DNA from: an uncultured bacterium
GTDB taxonomy: Bacteria; Poribacteria; WGA-4E; WGA-3G
NCBI GenBank assembly: GCA_964523645.1
Contig: CAZGAW010000009.1
Span: forward strand, 123-64,122
Length of the DNA stretch: 64,000 nt
Direction of reading: 5' to 3'
The translations under genes and the position numbers were made by a program. Positions 44,177 to 53,585 of this stretch are shown here, piece after piece. A model generated the notes under the pieces. That model did not search any database. It was not told where the DNA came from and worked only from the letters and a program-made list of their open reading frames with translations. How positions within the stretch are numbered: the stretch's first letter is position 1; every line of letters begins with the position of its first letter.

Positions 44177-45103
44177 CTACTTATCGCCCCAAGCACGTCC
44201 GCGTGGAATCAATAACAACTGTCCCACACTCAGTCTGGTCCGGTCAAAGATGTAATCATCTTGGTTGGCGGCGACTAACCGTTTCCACATCTCAGCGTCA
44301 TCGAAAATTTCAGGACGTGCAGCGATGCGTTTGAGTGCGGCCTCTCCGTTTTGCTCCTGAATATCCGCTTCCTTTACATGGTATTTATAAAGCACCTCAG
44401 GACTGGTGATGCTGAAGCTGAAACTGTGCGAACTTTCAAGGGCATTGCCTGCCATATCAGTAGCACCGGAGACGGTGACAGTGTACATACGTCCTGCGCG
44501 CATCGGCATATCGGATGTAAACGTTACGGAATCGCCGCTACCGCTCACGGTCCCTGATAGCGTCGCATTCATCGGTTCACTCATCGAATCTTCCGTTTTT
44601 GTCACGGCGACATCCACGGAAACACTATCGCTATCAACCGGTTCACTGAATGAAACCGTCAGACTATTCATCACATTCAGAGAATCTTCATACTCAGAGA
44701 TAACTGTGCCATCTGCGGGTTCGTTCATTGTCACGGTCGGTGGGGTCGCGTCGGTGTAAGTAAATTTCTGTGAAAGCGTGACCGGTACTTCGGGTTTCCC
44801 TTTATTCGTAACGACGACAGACACAGTTTCTCCCGCCATACCACCTGGCGTCACTGCCGTAATTTGCGTTTCACTTGGAACGGTTACACTTTGGGCATTT
44901 TTTCCACCGAACGTCACGGTTACGCCGTTTTTCATATCAAATTTTTCGCCAGTAATCTGGACAGTCGTCCCACCGGTTTCAGGTCCCTGCGTAGGACTCA
45001 TCCCGCTGGGTACCGGTTCTGGATTACAGCCAGCACATCCTGCCATCCACGCACAGACAATCGCAAGGACAGCCAGCACGGCTATATTTCTGGGTTTCTT
45101 CAT
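44177..45103 (-). CDS. Lipoprotein with IPT/TIG domain, Ig-like domain and LysM-like C-terminus
   Basis: Lipobox MAGC. The IPT/TIG pattern is GPETGGTTVQITGEKF...VTFGG. An SbsA-Ig-like segment reads TVTMNEPADG...SFSEPVD. The C-terminal YHVKEAD...LSVGQLLLIP resembles LysM. Confidence 0.5.
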   Translation of the reverse strand: MKKPRNIAVLAVLAIVCAWMAGCAGCNPEPVPSGMSPTQGPETGGTTVQITGEKFDMKNGVTVTFGGKNAQSVTVPSETQITAVTPGGMAGETVSVVVTNKGKPEVPVTLSQKFTYTDATPPTVTMNEPADGTVISEYEDSLNVMNSLTVSFSEPVDSDSVSVDVAVTKTEDSMSEPMNATLSGTVSGSGDSVTFTSDMPMRAGRMYTVTVSGATDMAGNALESSHSFSFSITSPEVLYKYHVKEADIQEQNGEAALKRIAARPEIFDDAEMWKRLVAANQDDYIFDRTRLSVGQLLLIPRGRAWGDK

Positions 45104-45309
45104 TAATTTAGTCTCCTTATGCTCAGAAGGGTCGCATTTCAGACCGCGGTTTTGGCGCAGCTTGTCATCTAAAACTTGCTATTAAAAAAAGGATTTCGTG
45201 GATTAGAGGGGCCCCCTAAATTACACCTTAAATTATTATACACATAAATTGATAGCGTTGTCAACACTTTTTTACGGAGCCTGGATGCAAAACTTCTGCC
45301 ACGAATATC

Positions 45310-46158
45310 CTAACCGCGCCAAGTTGTCCGCTTTAACGGATCACTGACACTGACAGTTAACTCCGGGCCGAAACCTTCAATTGATAACCTGACCGTGTCT
45401 CCATCACCAATTGCGGTAAGTGCTTCATGATGTGTTCCTGTCGATACGACATCACCAGGCTCTAATGTTAGCACATTGGTCACCTCAGCGAGCAATTCGG
45501 GAATAAAGCGCGCCATAGAATTGGTAGAGAAGTCGTGTTGCAGTCCGTCATTAATCCAGAGTTGCACACCGAGTGCGTTTGCATCGCCTACTTCATCAGC
45601 AGTAACGATCGCTGGACCCATCGGCGCAAACGTGTGCCAACTTTTTCCTAAGAAGAAACCGCCGGGCAACCCACGCGCTGATACATCAATAAATTGGGTG
45701 TAGCCAAACACGCAATCCAGCGCGTTGTCTTCGGATAGATGCTTCGCCGTTTTACCAATCACAATCGCTAATTCCGGTTCAAAGTGGAACACAGTTACGT
45801 CCGCTTCTGGAAGTTCCACCGTGTCCTTCGTAGCAATGATGCCAGTCGGCGATTTCAGAAAGGCGTTGAAATCTCCACGGGACGGACTATCGGGTTCAAT
45901 GTAATTCCCCGCAAGGCAGACAAGTTGACCAGGGCTCGGAACTGACGCTTTAAAACTAACGCTATCTAAGGCAATAGCTGCACCGTTTTCAGCTGCATCC
46001 GCTATTGTTGAACCAAGGCTATCAAAATTCTCAATCACTGTCCGTATCAGTTCTTGAGGTGTATGATACGAAATCCCGCTCAGCGCGTCGCCGAGATCAA
46101 CGATTCCCTCATCCGTTATCACACCGAATTGATAATCATTAAAGAAGGCAAGTTTCAT
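45310..46158 (-). CDS. Fumarylacetoacetate hydrolase (FAH) family protein
   Basis: 282 aa with FEPELAIVIGK and GDVVSTGT motifs. Confidence 0.75.
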   Translation of the reverse strand: MKLAFFNDYQFGVITDEGIVDLGDALSGISYHTPQELIRTVIENFDSLGSTIADAAENGAAIALDSVSFKASVPSPGQLVCLAGNYIEPDSPSRGDFNAFLKSPTGIIATKDTVELPEADVTVFHFEPELAIVIGKTAKHLSEDNALDCVFGYTQFIDVSARGLPGGFFLGKSWHTFAPMGPAIVTADEVGDANALGVQLWINDGLQHDFSTNSMARFIPELLAEVTNVLTLEPGDVVSTGTHHEALTAIGDGDTVRLSIEGFGPELTVSVSDPLKRTTWRG

Positions 46159-47283
46159 TTAATTTTCCGCTCCTCTGTTAAGACGTTTCGCAAGCGGATG
46201 ACTCCGCTCCGCTAACGGCAGTTGCACCTTTCGCCCGCTGAAGTGTGAAACGTAGGTTGCGCTGACACATTCAAGGGAAGTCAGGGCGTTGCGTCCACCG
46301 AGCTCTGGTTGATTTTTATTAAGAATCGCATCTCGTATATTTTTCGCACTCCAGATAGTGTGGCGCGACTGCCACGCCTTCCCAGAGATTTGAAAAGCTG
46401 ATGCGTCAAGTTCTATTCGCTCCCACGCGGGTGTATGCGAAGCGAAAGAAACATCAAACGGACAGAACCACATTTCGTCTACACCGGTATCCGGGTGCGG
46501 TTTTATCATCAACTGCCCCTCCGAACCGAGTAGATGCGGCCCCATCATCCATCCGTGTCGTGGCTCTCGGCAATAGAGTTCCATAATACCGTAGGCACTG
46601 TTCCCACCCCCGATATGCACGAGCATCGTATCTCCTGCCACAATACCGTTGTCGCGTCGGTCGGTTTTGCATAACTCGCTGCTGTGCATAATGTCCGCCG
46701 CGCTCACATCCTGTCCCTGATATGTGATATGTGCTTGGATCCAAGAAATACCATCTAAGAAGAAATCCATCTCATCAAAATAGTGCACACCCATCTCCAT
46801 CAACTCGAATCCTGCTTCGCGTCCCTTGCCAACCTCGCGAATTGAACGGAGTTCACCGATTTTACCCGCATCGATTAAGGATTTCGCGTGCCGAAAAAGA
46901 GGGGTAAACCGAAATTGATGACTGACCGCTAAGTGTACACCTGCCTCACGGCACGCCGCAAACATCTGATCCGCGGTTTCCAAATCAACGGACAACGGTT
47001 TTTCACACAAAACGTGAACGCCGGCTTTTGCAGCGGCAATCGCAACTGGGGCGTGCAAAGGGGCGTGCGTACACACACTCACGATATCAAGTGCTTCACG
47101 TGCGAACATCTCTTCATAATCGGTGTATCGGTTCGAGACACCATATTCATCGGCCCGGTTATTGAGCGCATCGGGATTGATGTCACACATTGCAACAAGA
47201 TCAACTTCCTCCAAGTTCGCGTGCGCGCCAGCATGACTCCGACTAATCCCGCCACAACCGACAATCCCTGCCCGTAATGCCAT
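46159..47283 (-). CDS. Gfo/Idh/MocA family oxidoreductase
   Basis: 374 aa with AGIVGCGGISRSH (Rossmann) and VLCEKP. It abuts the FAH gene, suggesting an operon. Confidence 0.75.
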   Translation of the reverse strand: MALRAGIVGCGGISRSHAGAHANLEEVDLVAMCDINPDALNNRADEYGVSNRYTDYEEMFAREALDIVSVCTHAPLHAPVAIAAAKAGVHVLCEKPLSVDLETADQMFAACREAGVHLAVSHQFRFTPLFRHAKSLIDAGKIGELRSIREVGKGREAGFELMEMGVHYFDEMDFFLDGISWIQAHITYQGQDVSAADIMHSSELCKTDRRDNGIVAGDTMLVHIGGGNSAYGIMELYCREPRHGWMMGPHLLGSEGQLMIKPHPDTGVDEMWFCPFDVSFASHTPAWERIELDASAFQISGKAWQSRHTIWSAKNIRDAILNKNQPELGGRNALTSLECVSATYVSHFSGRKVQLPLAERSHPLAKRLNRGAEN

Positions 47284-47487
47284 GAGTTGTCTCCTGAATT
47301 CAGTTTATATTGATGATTTAGGCACGACCTTTCAGATTTCGCCTTAAGATGTATTATACGTTGATAGAAAAAGAGTGCAAGCCAATTTTCTAATTTTCCT
47401 TGCGGTTCGTTTAGATGGTTTGTCTATGAACATCCGTTTGCGTATATCCGCTTGCCATTTCGTTCCAAACCACACCCCGGGCTAACT

Positions 47488-48498
47488 TTAAGAAATGCTC
47501 ATCTCTAACAACGCCTGCCACTGTGTTTCATCCACGAGAACACCCTTCTCAAGACTCTCCTGTCGTGTCCGCAACATGCCTTCCCCCGGATACCTTACAC
47601 TTTCGTTTTCATCTAAGGGTGTTGCTGTATGGAAGTCGTCGACAATCGCTGCCACCGTTTCATCCAATGCCGCTTGCCCCATCATCCCTGTCGCATTTAT
47701 CGCAATATAGACTTGAGAAACTGCGTATTCAGAGCCTTGTTTCCCGATTTCATGCGTCGCTTGACCGCCTGAGATAACGGATGCCATTGTGTCAAGCACC
47801 AAAGCCAACCCGGACCCCTTCCAGTAACCGATAGGGAGTGCCCTTGCAGAATCAAGAATCTCTCCCGGTTCAATTGTTAACGCACCCTTCGTATCATATC
47901 CACCCGGTAGCGGTAATTGTTTCCCTTGGAGCTTCAAAACTTCTAACTTCCCATTTGAATACTGGCTCATCGCCATATCCAGTAGAATATGTCCTTCCGC
48001 TCTCGGCACCGCCATCGCCATCGGATTGTTCCCGATCTTTTTCTCAGCGGAACCCCACGGCGGCATGAGTCGGGTCGTATTGGTCCAACATATCCCGATG
48101 TACCCCGCTTCCGCGGCTTGCAGAGCATAGGCACCACCACGCATCCAATGATTTGTCTTTGAAAGTCCAACACACCCAATACCGTGGACATCAGCAAGTT
48201 CCGTTGCCCGTTGCATACAGAAATGGGCATTGACAAGCCCGACTCCCATCTTGCCATCCCACCGTTCCAACGCACCGAAGCTCTCAATCTTCTCTGGTTG
48301 TGCACGAAAATCAATCTGTCTGCTCTCCAGCCCAGCAACGAATCCAGGGAAACGATTAAGTCCATGTGAGTACACACCGTCGCGTTGATTTTCAGCAAAC
48401 AGGCGCGCACATAACATTCCTCGCTCGTCGTCAAACCCGATTGCTGCGAGCACACGATAAAATTCATCACGTAAAGTTTGGAAAGGCACACGTTTCAT
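47488..48498 (-). CDS. dlgD: Ldh_2 family dehydrogenase, 2,3-diketo-L-gulonate reductase (DlgD/YiaK)-like
   Basis: 336 aa. GVYSHGLNRFPGFV, HWMRGGAY, AGYIGICWTN, LMPPWG and GNNP parallel E. coli YiaK as I recall it. The orthology is not verified. Confidence 0.55.
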   Translation of the reverse strand: MKRVPFQTLRDEFYRVLAAIGFDDERGMLCARLFAENQRDGVYSHGLNRFPGFVAGLESRQIDFRAQPEKIESFGALERWDGKMGVGLVNAHFCMQRATELADVHGIGCVGLSKTNHWMRGGAYALQAAEAGYIGICWTNTTRLMPPWGSAEKKIGNNPMAMAVPRAEGHILLDMAMSQYSNGKLEVLKLQGKQLPLPGGYDTKGALTIEPGEILDSARALPIGYWKGSGLALVLDTMASVISGGQATHEIGKQGSEYAVSQVYIAINATGMMGQAALDETVAAIVDDFHTATPLDENESVRYPGEGMLRTRQESLEKGVLVDETQWQALLEMSIS

Positions 48499-48722
48499 AT
48501 AATTTTGTCCTCATCGGTTTATTGAACACCATTATGCCTAATGTCTGAGAAAAAAGCAAGATATTTTGTATTCGTTTCAGAGGCTTTCGTTATCCGCAAG
48601 CGGCTTTGATTTTCCTTGCGTGAAAGCGTCTTATAATATATCATAGATACTCACAGACTCGGTTTTTTAAAGCATTTTATTTCCTTTCTCAACTCTCAAC
48701 GTCCCCCAAAGAGGAGGAAGCA

Positions 48723-51092
48723 ATGGCATTCTCAAACGATGTATTCAGAGTTTTCAACTGTATGCTTATTGGATGGCTTCTACTCGTCTTCGGGAATACT
48801 GTGACGAATTCCGAGGAAGAGCCGCTAAAAATGGAACCGATCGAGGTAATCGGCGTGACCCCCCTCCACGGCGTGGGACTCCCCAAAAATAAGGTTCCGA
48901 CGAATATCCAAACGGCAACTCACACCGAAGTTGACGCTGCCCAAAGCTTAAACCTCGCCGAATTCATCAATCTTAATCTCGGCAGTGTGCATGTTAATGA
49001 GGCACAGAACAACCCTTTCCAACCCGACATCCGTTTCCGTGGTTTCACGGCTTCCCCGCTGCTCGGGTTGCCGCAGGGATTAGCCACCTATCAGGACGGT
49101 ATTCGTGTTAACGAACCCTTCGGTGACACGGTGCACTGGGATGTCATTCCCCAATCCGCAATCGCCAGTATTAATTTGATGCCTGGTTCAAATCCACTTT
49201 TCGGCTTGAATACGCTCGGCGGTGCCCTCTCGCTGAGGACTAAAACAGGTTTCACGCACCCTGGTCACGACATAAAACTCTACGGCGGTTCCTTCGTTCG
49301 CAGAGCAATCGAATTTTCCAGTGGTGGTCACAATCAAAGGTTGAGTTATTTCCTCAGCGGAAATCTCTTTAGGGAAGACGGCTGGCGCGATTTCTCTCCG
49401 TCGGATGTCAGGCAGCTGTTTGGCAACGTCGGTTGGGAGCAAGACGCGACCACGCTGAACCTAAGTCTAACTTTGGCAGATAATGAACTCTTAGGCAACG
49501 GCGCGCTCCCTGTTCAACTCCTTGAGACAGAACGCAGTTCTGTGTTTACACACCCAGACATGACCGCAAACAACATGCTTCTTGCCAATTTACGGAGCAG
49601 TCACGCATGGTCAGATAACCTTATGTTGGCGAGTACCCTCTACTTTCGGCGTAACAATATTGAGACTTTCAATGGAGACGACACAGATTTTGAACCGTGC
49701 GAAGATCCTGAAAACGCAGGTTTTCTGTGCACTGAAGAAGAAGCAGACGAGGAACGCGTGAGAGACCAGTTCGGAAATGATGTCCGTCTCACTGCGTATA
49801 CGTCTGATGACGATGATGATGAGCGCGACATTGATGGCAACGACGATGACGATGAAGGTGAATTCGACGCCACAAACAATACCAGTCAGACTCGTCAAGG
49901 CAGCTACGGCGCGACCTTACAGGCAACCTTCACCAATCCTCTCATCAACCGCGAAAACCAATTTATCATTGGTGCGAGTTTCGACAGCGGCGGTGCCTTG
50001 TTCAACTCTGAAACGGAACTCGCAAGTCTAACACCGGATCGAGGAACCGTTGGTAGCGGTATTTTTGAAAGCGAATCTTTTGTGGATGTTGAGGCTGCTG
50101 TTCAGAATATAGGCATCTATGCAACGAACACTTTTTCCATCACACCGCAGCTCGGGCTCACGCTATCTGGACGCTATAATAGAACCGAGATTGAATTGCG
50201 GGACCAGATAGGTGTCGAACTCAACGGAGACCATGCTTTCAACCGTTTCAACCCGGCAGTGGGATTAACCTATCAACTCTATAGCGGACTTTCACTTTAC
50301 GGGAGTTATAGTGAGTCTTCACGTGTACCTACACCTGTGGAACTCACTTGTGCCGATCCCGAGGCACCATGCAAATTGCCTAACGCATTCATTGCAGATC
50401 CGCCGTTGGATCAAGTAGTAACAAAAACTTTTGAGATAGGGTTGCGGGGTGAATTAGGCAAAATCAGCTGGAATGCCGATCTTTTTCAAGGAACGAGCTT
50501 TGACGATCTCATTTTTGTGAGTAGTGGTGTGCTAACGAATGAAGGCTATTTCCAAAACGTCGCCCAAACCCTTCGTCAAGGTATTGAACTTAGTATCGGT
50601 GGCAGTTTTTTTAACCGATTGCACGGTCTGCTCAATTATACTTTCATTTCAGCGACTTTCGAGACCGATTTGACAGTCAGCAGTCCAAACCATCCCGAAG
50701 CGAGAGGCGGCGAGATTGATGTGGAGAGAGGCGACCTTATACCGGGTGTTCCACAACATAACCTCAAGGCAGATATTACATTTGTTGTAACCGACGCGCT
50801 GTCCCTGGGAACGAATATCCTTATCAATTCCAGTCAGGTCTTCCGTGGTGATGAGGGTAACCTAATCGACCAGATACCAGGCTACAGTATCGTTAACCTA
50901 CGCGCCAGATATACGTTATGGAATAATCTTTCCATCTTTGCTAAGGTGAACAATCTTTTCGATGAAGCGTATGAAACCTTTGGTCTGTTCGGGGAAGCGG
51001 ACGAAGTCTTAGGAGATGAATTCGAGGATTCACGTTTTCTTTCTCCGGGTGCCCCCCGCGCTGCCTGGATTGGGATTGAGGCAGCTTTTTAA
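48723..51092 (+). CDS. TonB-dependent outer-membrane receptor
   Basis: 789 aa with a signal peptide and a plug region (IEVIGVTP...GLPQGLATYQDGIRVNEPFGD). It has a long beta-barrel and a terminal ...GIEAAF aromatic residue. Confidence 0.8.
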   Translation: MAFSNDVFRVFNCMLIGWLLLVFGNTVTNSEEEPLKMEPIEVIGVTPLHGVGLPKNKVPTNIQTATHTEVDAAQSLNLAEFINLNLGSVHVNEAQNNPFQPDIRFRGFTASPLLGLPQGLATYQDGIRVNEPFGDTVHWDVIPQSAIASINLMPGSNPLFGLNTLGGALSLRTKTGFTHPGHDIKLYGGSFVRRAIEFSSGGHNQRLSYFLSGNLFREDGWRDFSPSDVRQLFGNVGWEQDATTLNLSLTLADNELLGNGALPVQLLETERSSVFTHPDMTANNMLLANLRSSHAWSDNLMLASTLYFRRNNIETFNGDDTDFEPCEDPENAGFLCTEEEADEERVRDQFGNDVRLTAYTSDDDDDERDIDGNDDDDEGEFDATNNTSQTRQGSYGATLQATFTNPLINRENQFIIGASFDSGGALFNSETELASLTPDRGTVGSGIFESESFVDVEAAVQNIGIYATNTFSITPQLGLTLSGRYNRTEIELRDQIGVELNGDHAFNRFNPAVGLTYQLYSGLSLYGSYSESSRVPTPVELTCADPEAPCKLPNAFIADPPLDQVVTKTFEIGLRGELGKISWNADLFQGTSFDDLIFVSSGVLTNEGYFQNVAQTLRQGIELSIGGSFFNRLHGLLNYTFISATFETDLTVSSPNHPEARGGEIDVERGDLIPGVPQHNLKADITFVVTDALSLGTNILINSSQVFRGDEGNLIDQIPGYSIVNLRARYTLWNNLSIFAKVNNLFDEAYETFGLFGEADEVLGDEFEDSRFLSPGAPRAAWIGIEAAF

Positions 51093-51116
51093 GTCTCGCC
51101 AATCGTTGTGTTCCTA

Positions 51117-51974
51117 TTACCACATTTTGACCCATTGTGAAAAGGGTGTCACAGGCTGCGTTTCGCTACGGATGACCCACTTGAAATCGGGATCCTGCCA
51201 GTAAATTGTGCCTGGATGATCCCCATCCCGGAGATAACGGATGTCAATTGCCCAACGGACAATCTCGCTGGTCGTATGGGGCAGCGATCGGTGGAGCGTC
51301 AGGTTGTGGAATACTAAGGCATCCCCTAATTTCATCGGACACGTCACGATACGGGAGTCCTCTATAAGCTCATCCATCACCTCAAGAAATTTACCTTCCC
51401 GTTCTTCTGTATGGTGATTAACCACGCCTAACCGATGTGAACCTGCGGCGACTTGTAAGCAGCCGTTGGTCTCATCGACCGGTACCAACGGTATCCAGGC
51501 AGTCGGGATGAGTGAAGTTTCGCTGACTGTCCCAAAATAACCGCTGTCCTGATGCCACGGGACGACAGTCAACTGCTGACCGGGAAGTTTCGGACGTGCA
51601 TTGAAAACAGGATGTCCGATAACATCTGTACCTGTGAGTTGACCGATTGCCTCCACAAGGCGTGGTGCATGGTGCAGCTCGAAAACCTCAGGAGTCGCAA
51701 CTTGGTTGCGCCAAGAACGACCGAAGCGATTGGCGTGTTCACCAGCGACCTGCGCGAATCGTGTTTCAAAAGGGAGTGCCGCCCCTTCATCCTCAATAAT
51801 TCCGTCCGCTTTCAACTCGCGAATTATACCGTCCACGACACCGGCAAAACTGTCCCGCACACCATTGATGGCGGATACAGGAATAACGTTTTTCAGTAGC
51901 AAATACCCATCGTTTTCCCACTGATCCATTTGTTCAGGTGACAGCGGTGTTGTCTGTTTCTGATTCATGTTCAT
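51117..51974 (-). CDS. Phytanoyl-CoA dioxygenase (PhyH) family Fe(II)/2-oxoglutarate oxygenase
   Basis: 285 aa with WHQDSGY (HxD) and H...R near GDALVFHNLTLHRS. Confidence 0.75.
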   Translation of the reverse strand: MNMNQKQTTPLSPEQMDQWENDGYLLLKNVIPVSAINGVRDSFAGVVDGIIRELKADGIIEDEGAALPFETRFAQVAGEHANRFGRSWRNQVATPEVFELHHAPRLVEAIGQLTGTDVIGHPVFNARPKLPGQQLTVVPWHQDSGYFGTVSETSLIPTAWIPLVPVDETNGCLQVAAGSHRLGVVNHHTEEREGKFLEVMDELIEDSRIVTCPMKLGDALVFHNLTLHRSLPHTTSEIVRWAIDIRYLRDGDHPGTIYWQDPDFKWVIRSETQPVTPFSQWVKMW

Positions 51975-52086
51975 TTTTTATTTAATTCCAAGGTTTACGC
52001 AATTTTGAAAATTAAGATGACATAGAGGAAAAAGATTGTAAAAATCATAACACACCTGACGAAAAAAGTCAAAAAACAGAATCTTA

Positions 52087-52116
52087 GTAGGTTGGTTGAA
52101 CGTGTAAAACCCAACA
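52087..52116. repeat. GTAGGTTGGT...ACCCAACA inverted repeat (short copy of the 8189..8298 element)
   Basis: GTAGGTTGGTTGAACGTGTAAAACCCAACA compares with GTAGGTTGGGTAGAACG...GTGAAACCCAACA at 8194..8296. Confidence 0.45.
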
Positions 52117-52119
52117 AGT

Positions 52120-52147
52120 AACTGACAACTGACAACCGATAACTAAG
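52120..52147. repeat. Heptad array (AACTGAC AACTGAC AACCGAT AACTAAG) abutting a TTGACA box
   Basis: Read directly. TTGACA at 52151..52156 follows 3 nt later. Confidence 0.8.
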
Positions 52148-52201
52148 AAATTGACATTTCGTCCAGAAAATGCTACCCTACACATCAAAGGAGGAGGCAC
52201 A

Positions 52202-53575
52202 ATGGCAACTTTAACGCAAACCGAGAACCGAATCAGACCGCTGTATATTGACGGATACACCGACCACCTTAGCTACGTCCCTGGTGAAGAAATTGCGTTT
52301 CATATCTCAACGAGTGCGGAGAACTACTCGCTTGAGATTGCCCGTATCGGTGCGACCCGCGAGGTCGTCTGGCATCAAACCGAGCTTCCCGGTGAAGCAC
52401 AACCGATACCTTCAGATGCATCATCGCAGGGATGCGGATGGTCCCCTATCTTCACGCTCGAAGTCCCCGAAACGTGGCAGAGCGGTTATTATGAAGGCAC
52501 CCTCCGGGCAACCGATGGCGGTGGTGGTCACATCTATCGGAATCAGCGCTCGGCTGAAAGTACGCTCTTCTTCATTGTCCGTCCCGCGAAACCGGGAGCG
52601 AACACGCCTATTCTGCTACAACTCTCTACCAACACCTATAACGCCTATAATAATTGGGGAGGCTTTAGCCTATACGGGTATCACGGGGCAAGCAAAATAC
52701 AGGGAAACCGCGTCTCATTCGACCGACCGACTCGCGGCATTTTCAGTAACTGGGAGGCGGCTTTTGTTGTCTGGGCGGAACAGAACGGATATACGCTCGA
52801 TTACGCCGCGAACTCCGACTTGGAATTTCACCCTGAAATGCTGGAGCATTACAAACTCGTGTTGAGTGTCGGGCACGATGAATACTGGTCTGCCCCCATG
52901 CGTGACAATCTTGAGGCATTCATCGCCAACGGCGGAAACGCTGCCTTCTTTAGCGGGAATTCCGTCTGCTGGCAGGTCCGCTCCGAAGATGACGGCAGAG
53001 CCCTCGTCTGCTGGAAGCAAACCTACAATCAGGACCCGGTTTATAAGACTGATGACCACAGCACCCTCAGTACGCTATGGAGCCACTATCTCGTAGGTCG
53101 TCCTGAAAACGAGCTGACCGGTGTCGGTTTTCTGCAAGGAGGTTATCACCTGAGTCACGGTCAATTTATGGATGGCCCCGGGGAATATACCGCCCACCGT
53201 CCAGAGCATTGGGTGTTTGAAGGCACGAATCTCGCTAAAGATGATACTTTCGGTGGTGAAAATACCATTGTGGGTTACGAATGCGACGGATGCGAGTGGA
53301 CCCTTGAGAACGGTTTGCCGGTTCCAACCTACCGTGACGGCACACCTGAAGGGTTCACAATCCTCGCAACGGCACCTGTCCGTTGGCATCCCGATGACTG
53401 TGAATGGTACGAACGCTGGGAAAGAGGAAGAACCGGTGCCGCAACGATGGGCATCTATACAAAAGGCGGGACGGTCTTTACCGCTGCCACAACCGATTGG
53501 TCACACGGGCTAGCGGGTGGCGATGCGATGGTTGAACGCATCACGCACAACGTTCTGCGCAGACTTTCAGGATAA
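52202..53575 (+). CDS. N,N-dimethylformamidase beta-subunit-like family protein
   Basis: The ATG at 52202 follows AAAGGAGGAGG; the track start at 52151 is a TTGACA box. STNTYNAYNNWGGFSLYG resembles the T.QAYN.WGG.SLY signature I associate with this family. Confidence 0.45.
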   Translation: MATLTQTENRIRPLYIDGYTDHLSYVPGEEIAFHISTSAENYSLEIARIGATREVVWHQTELPGEAQPIPSDASSQGCGWSPIFTLEVPETWQSGYYEGTLRATDGGGGHIYRNQRSAESTLFFIVRPAKPGANTPILLQLSTNTYNAYNNWGGFSLYGYHGASKIQGNRVSFDRPTRGIFSNWEAAFVVWAEQNGYTLDYAANSDLEFHPEMLEHYKLVLSVGHDEYWSAPMRDNLEAFIANGGNAAFFSGNSVCWQVRSEDDGRALVCWKQTYNQDPVYKTDDHSTLSTLWSHYLVGRPENELTGVGFLQGGYHLSHGQFMDGPGEYTAHRPEHWVFEGTNLAKDDTFGGENTIVGYECDGCEWTLENGLPVPTYRDGTPEGFTILATAPVRWHPDDCEWYERWERGRTGAATMGIYTKGGTVFTAATTDWSHGLAGGDAMVERITHNVLRRLSG

Positions 53576-53585
53576 ACATACGCGA

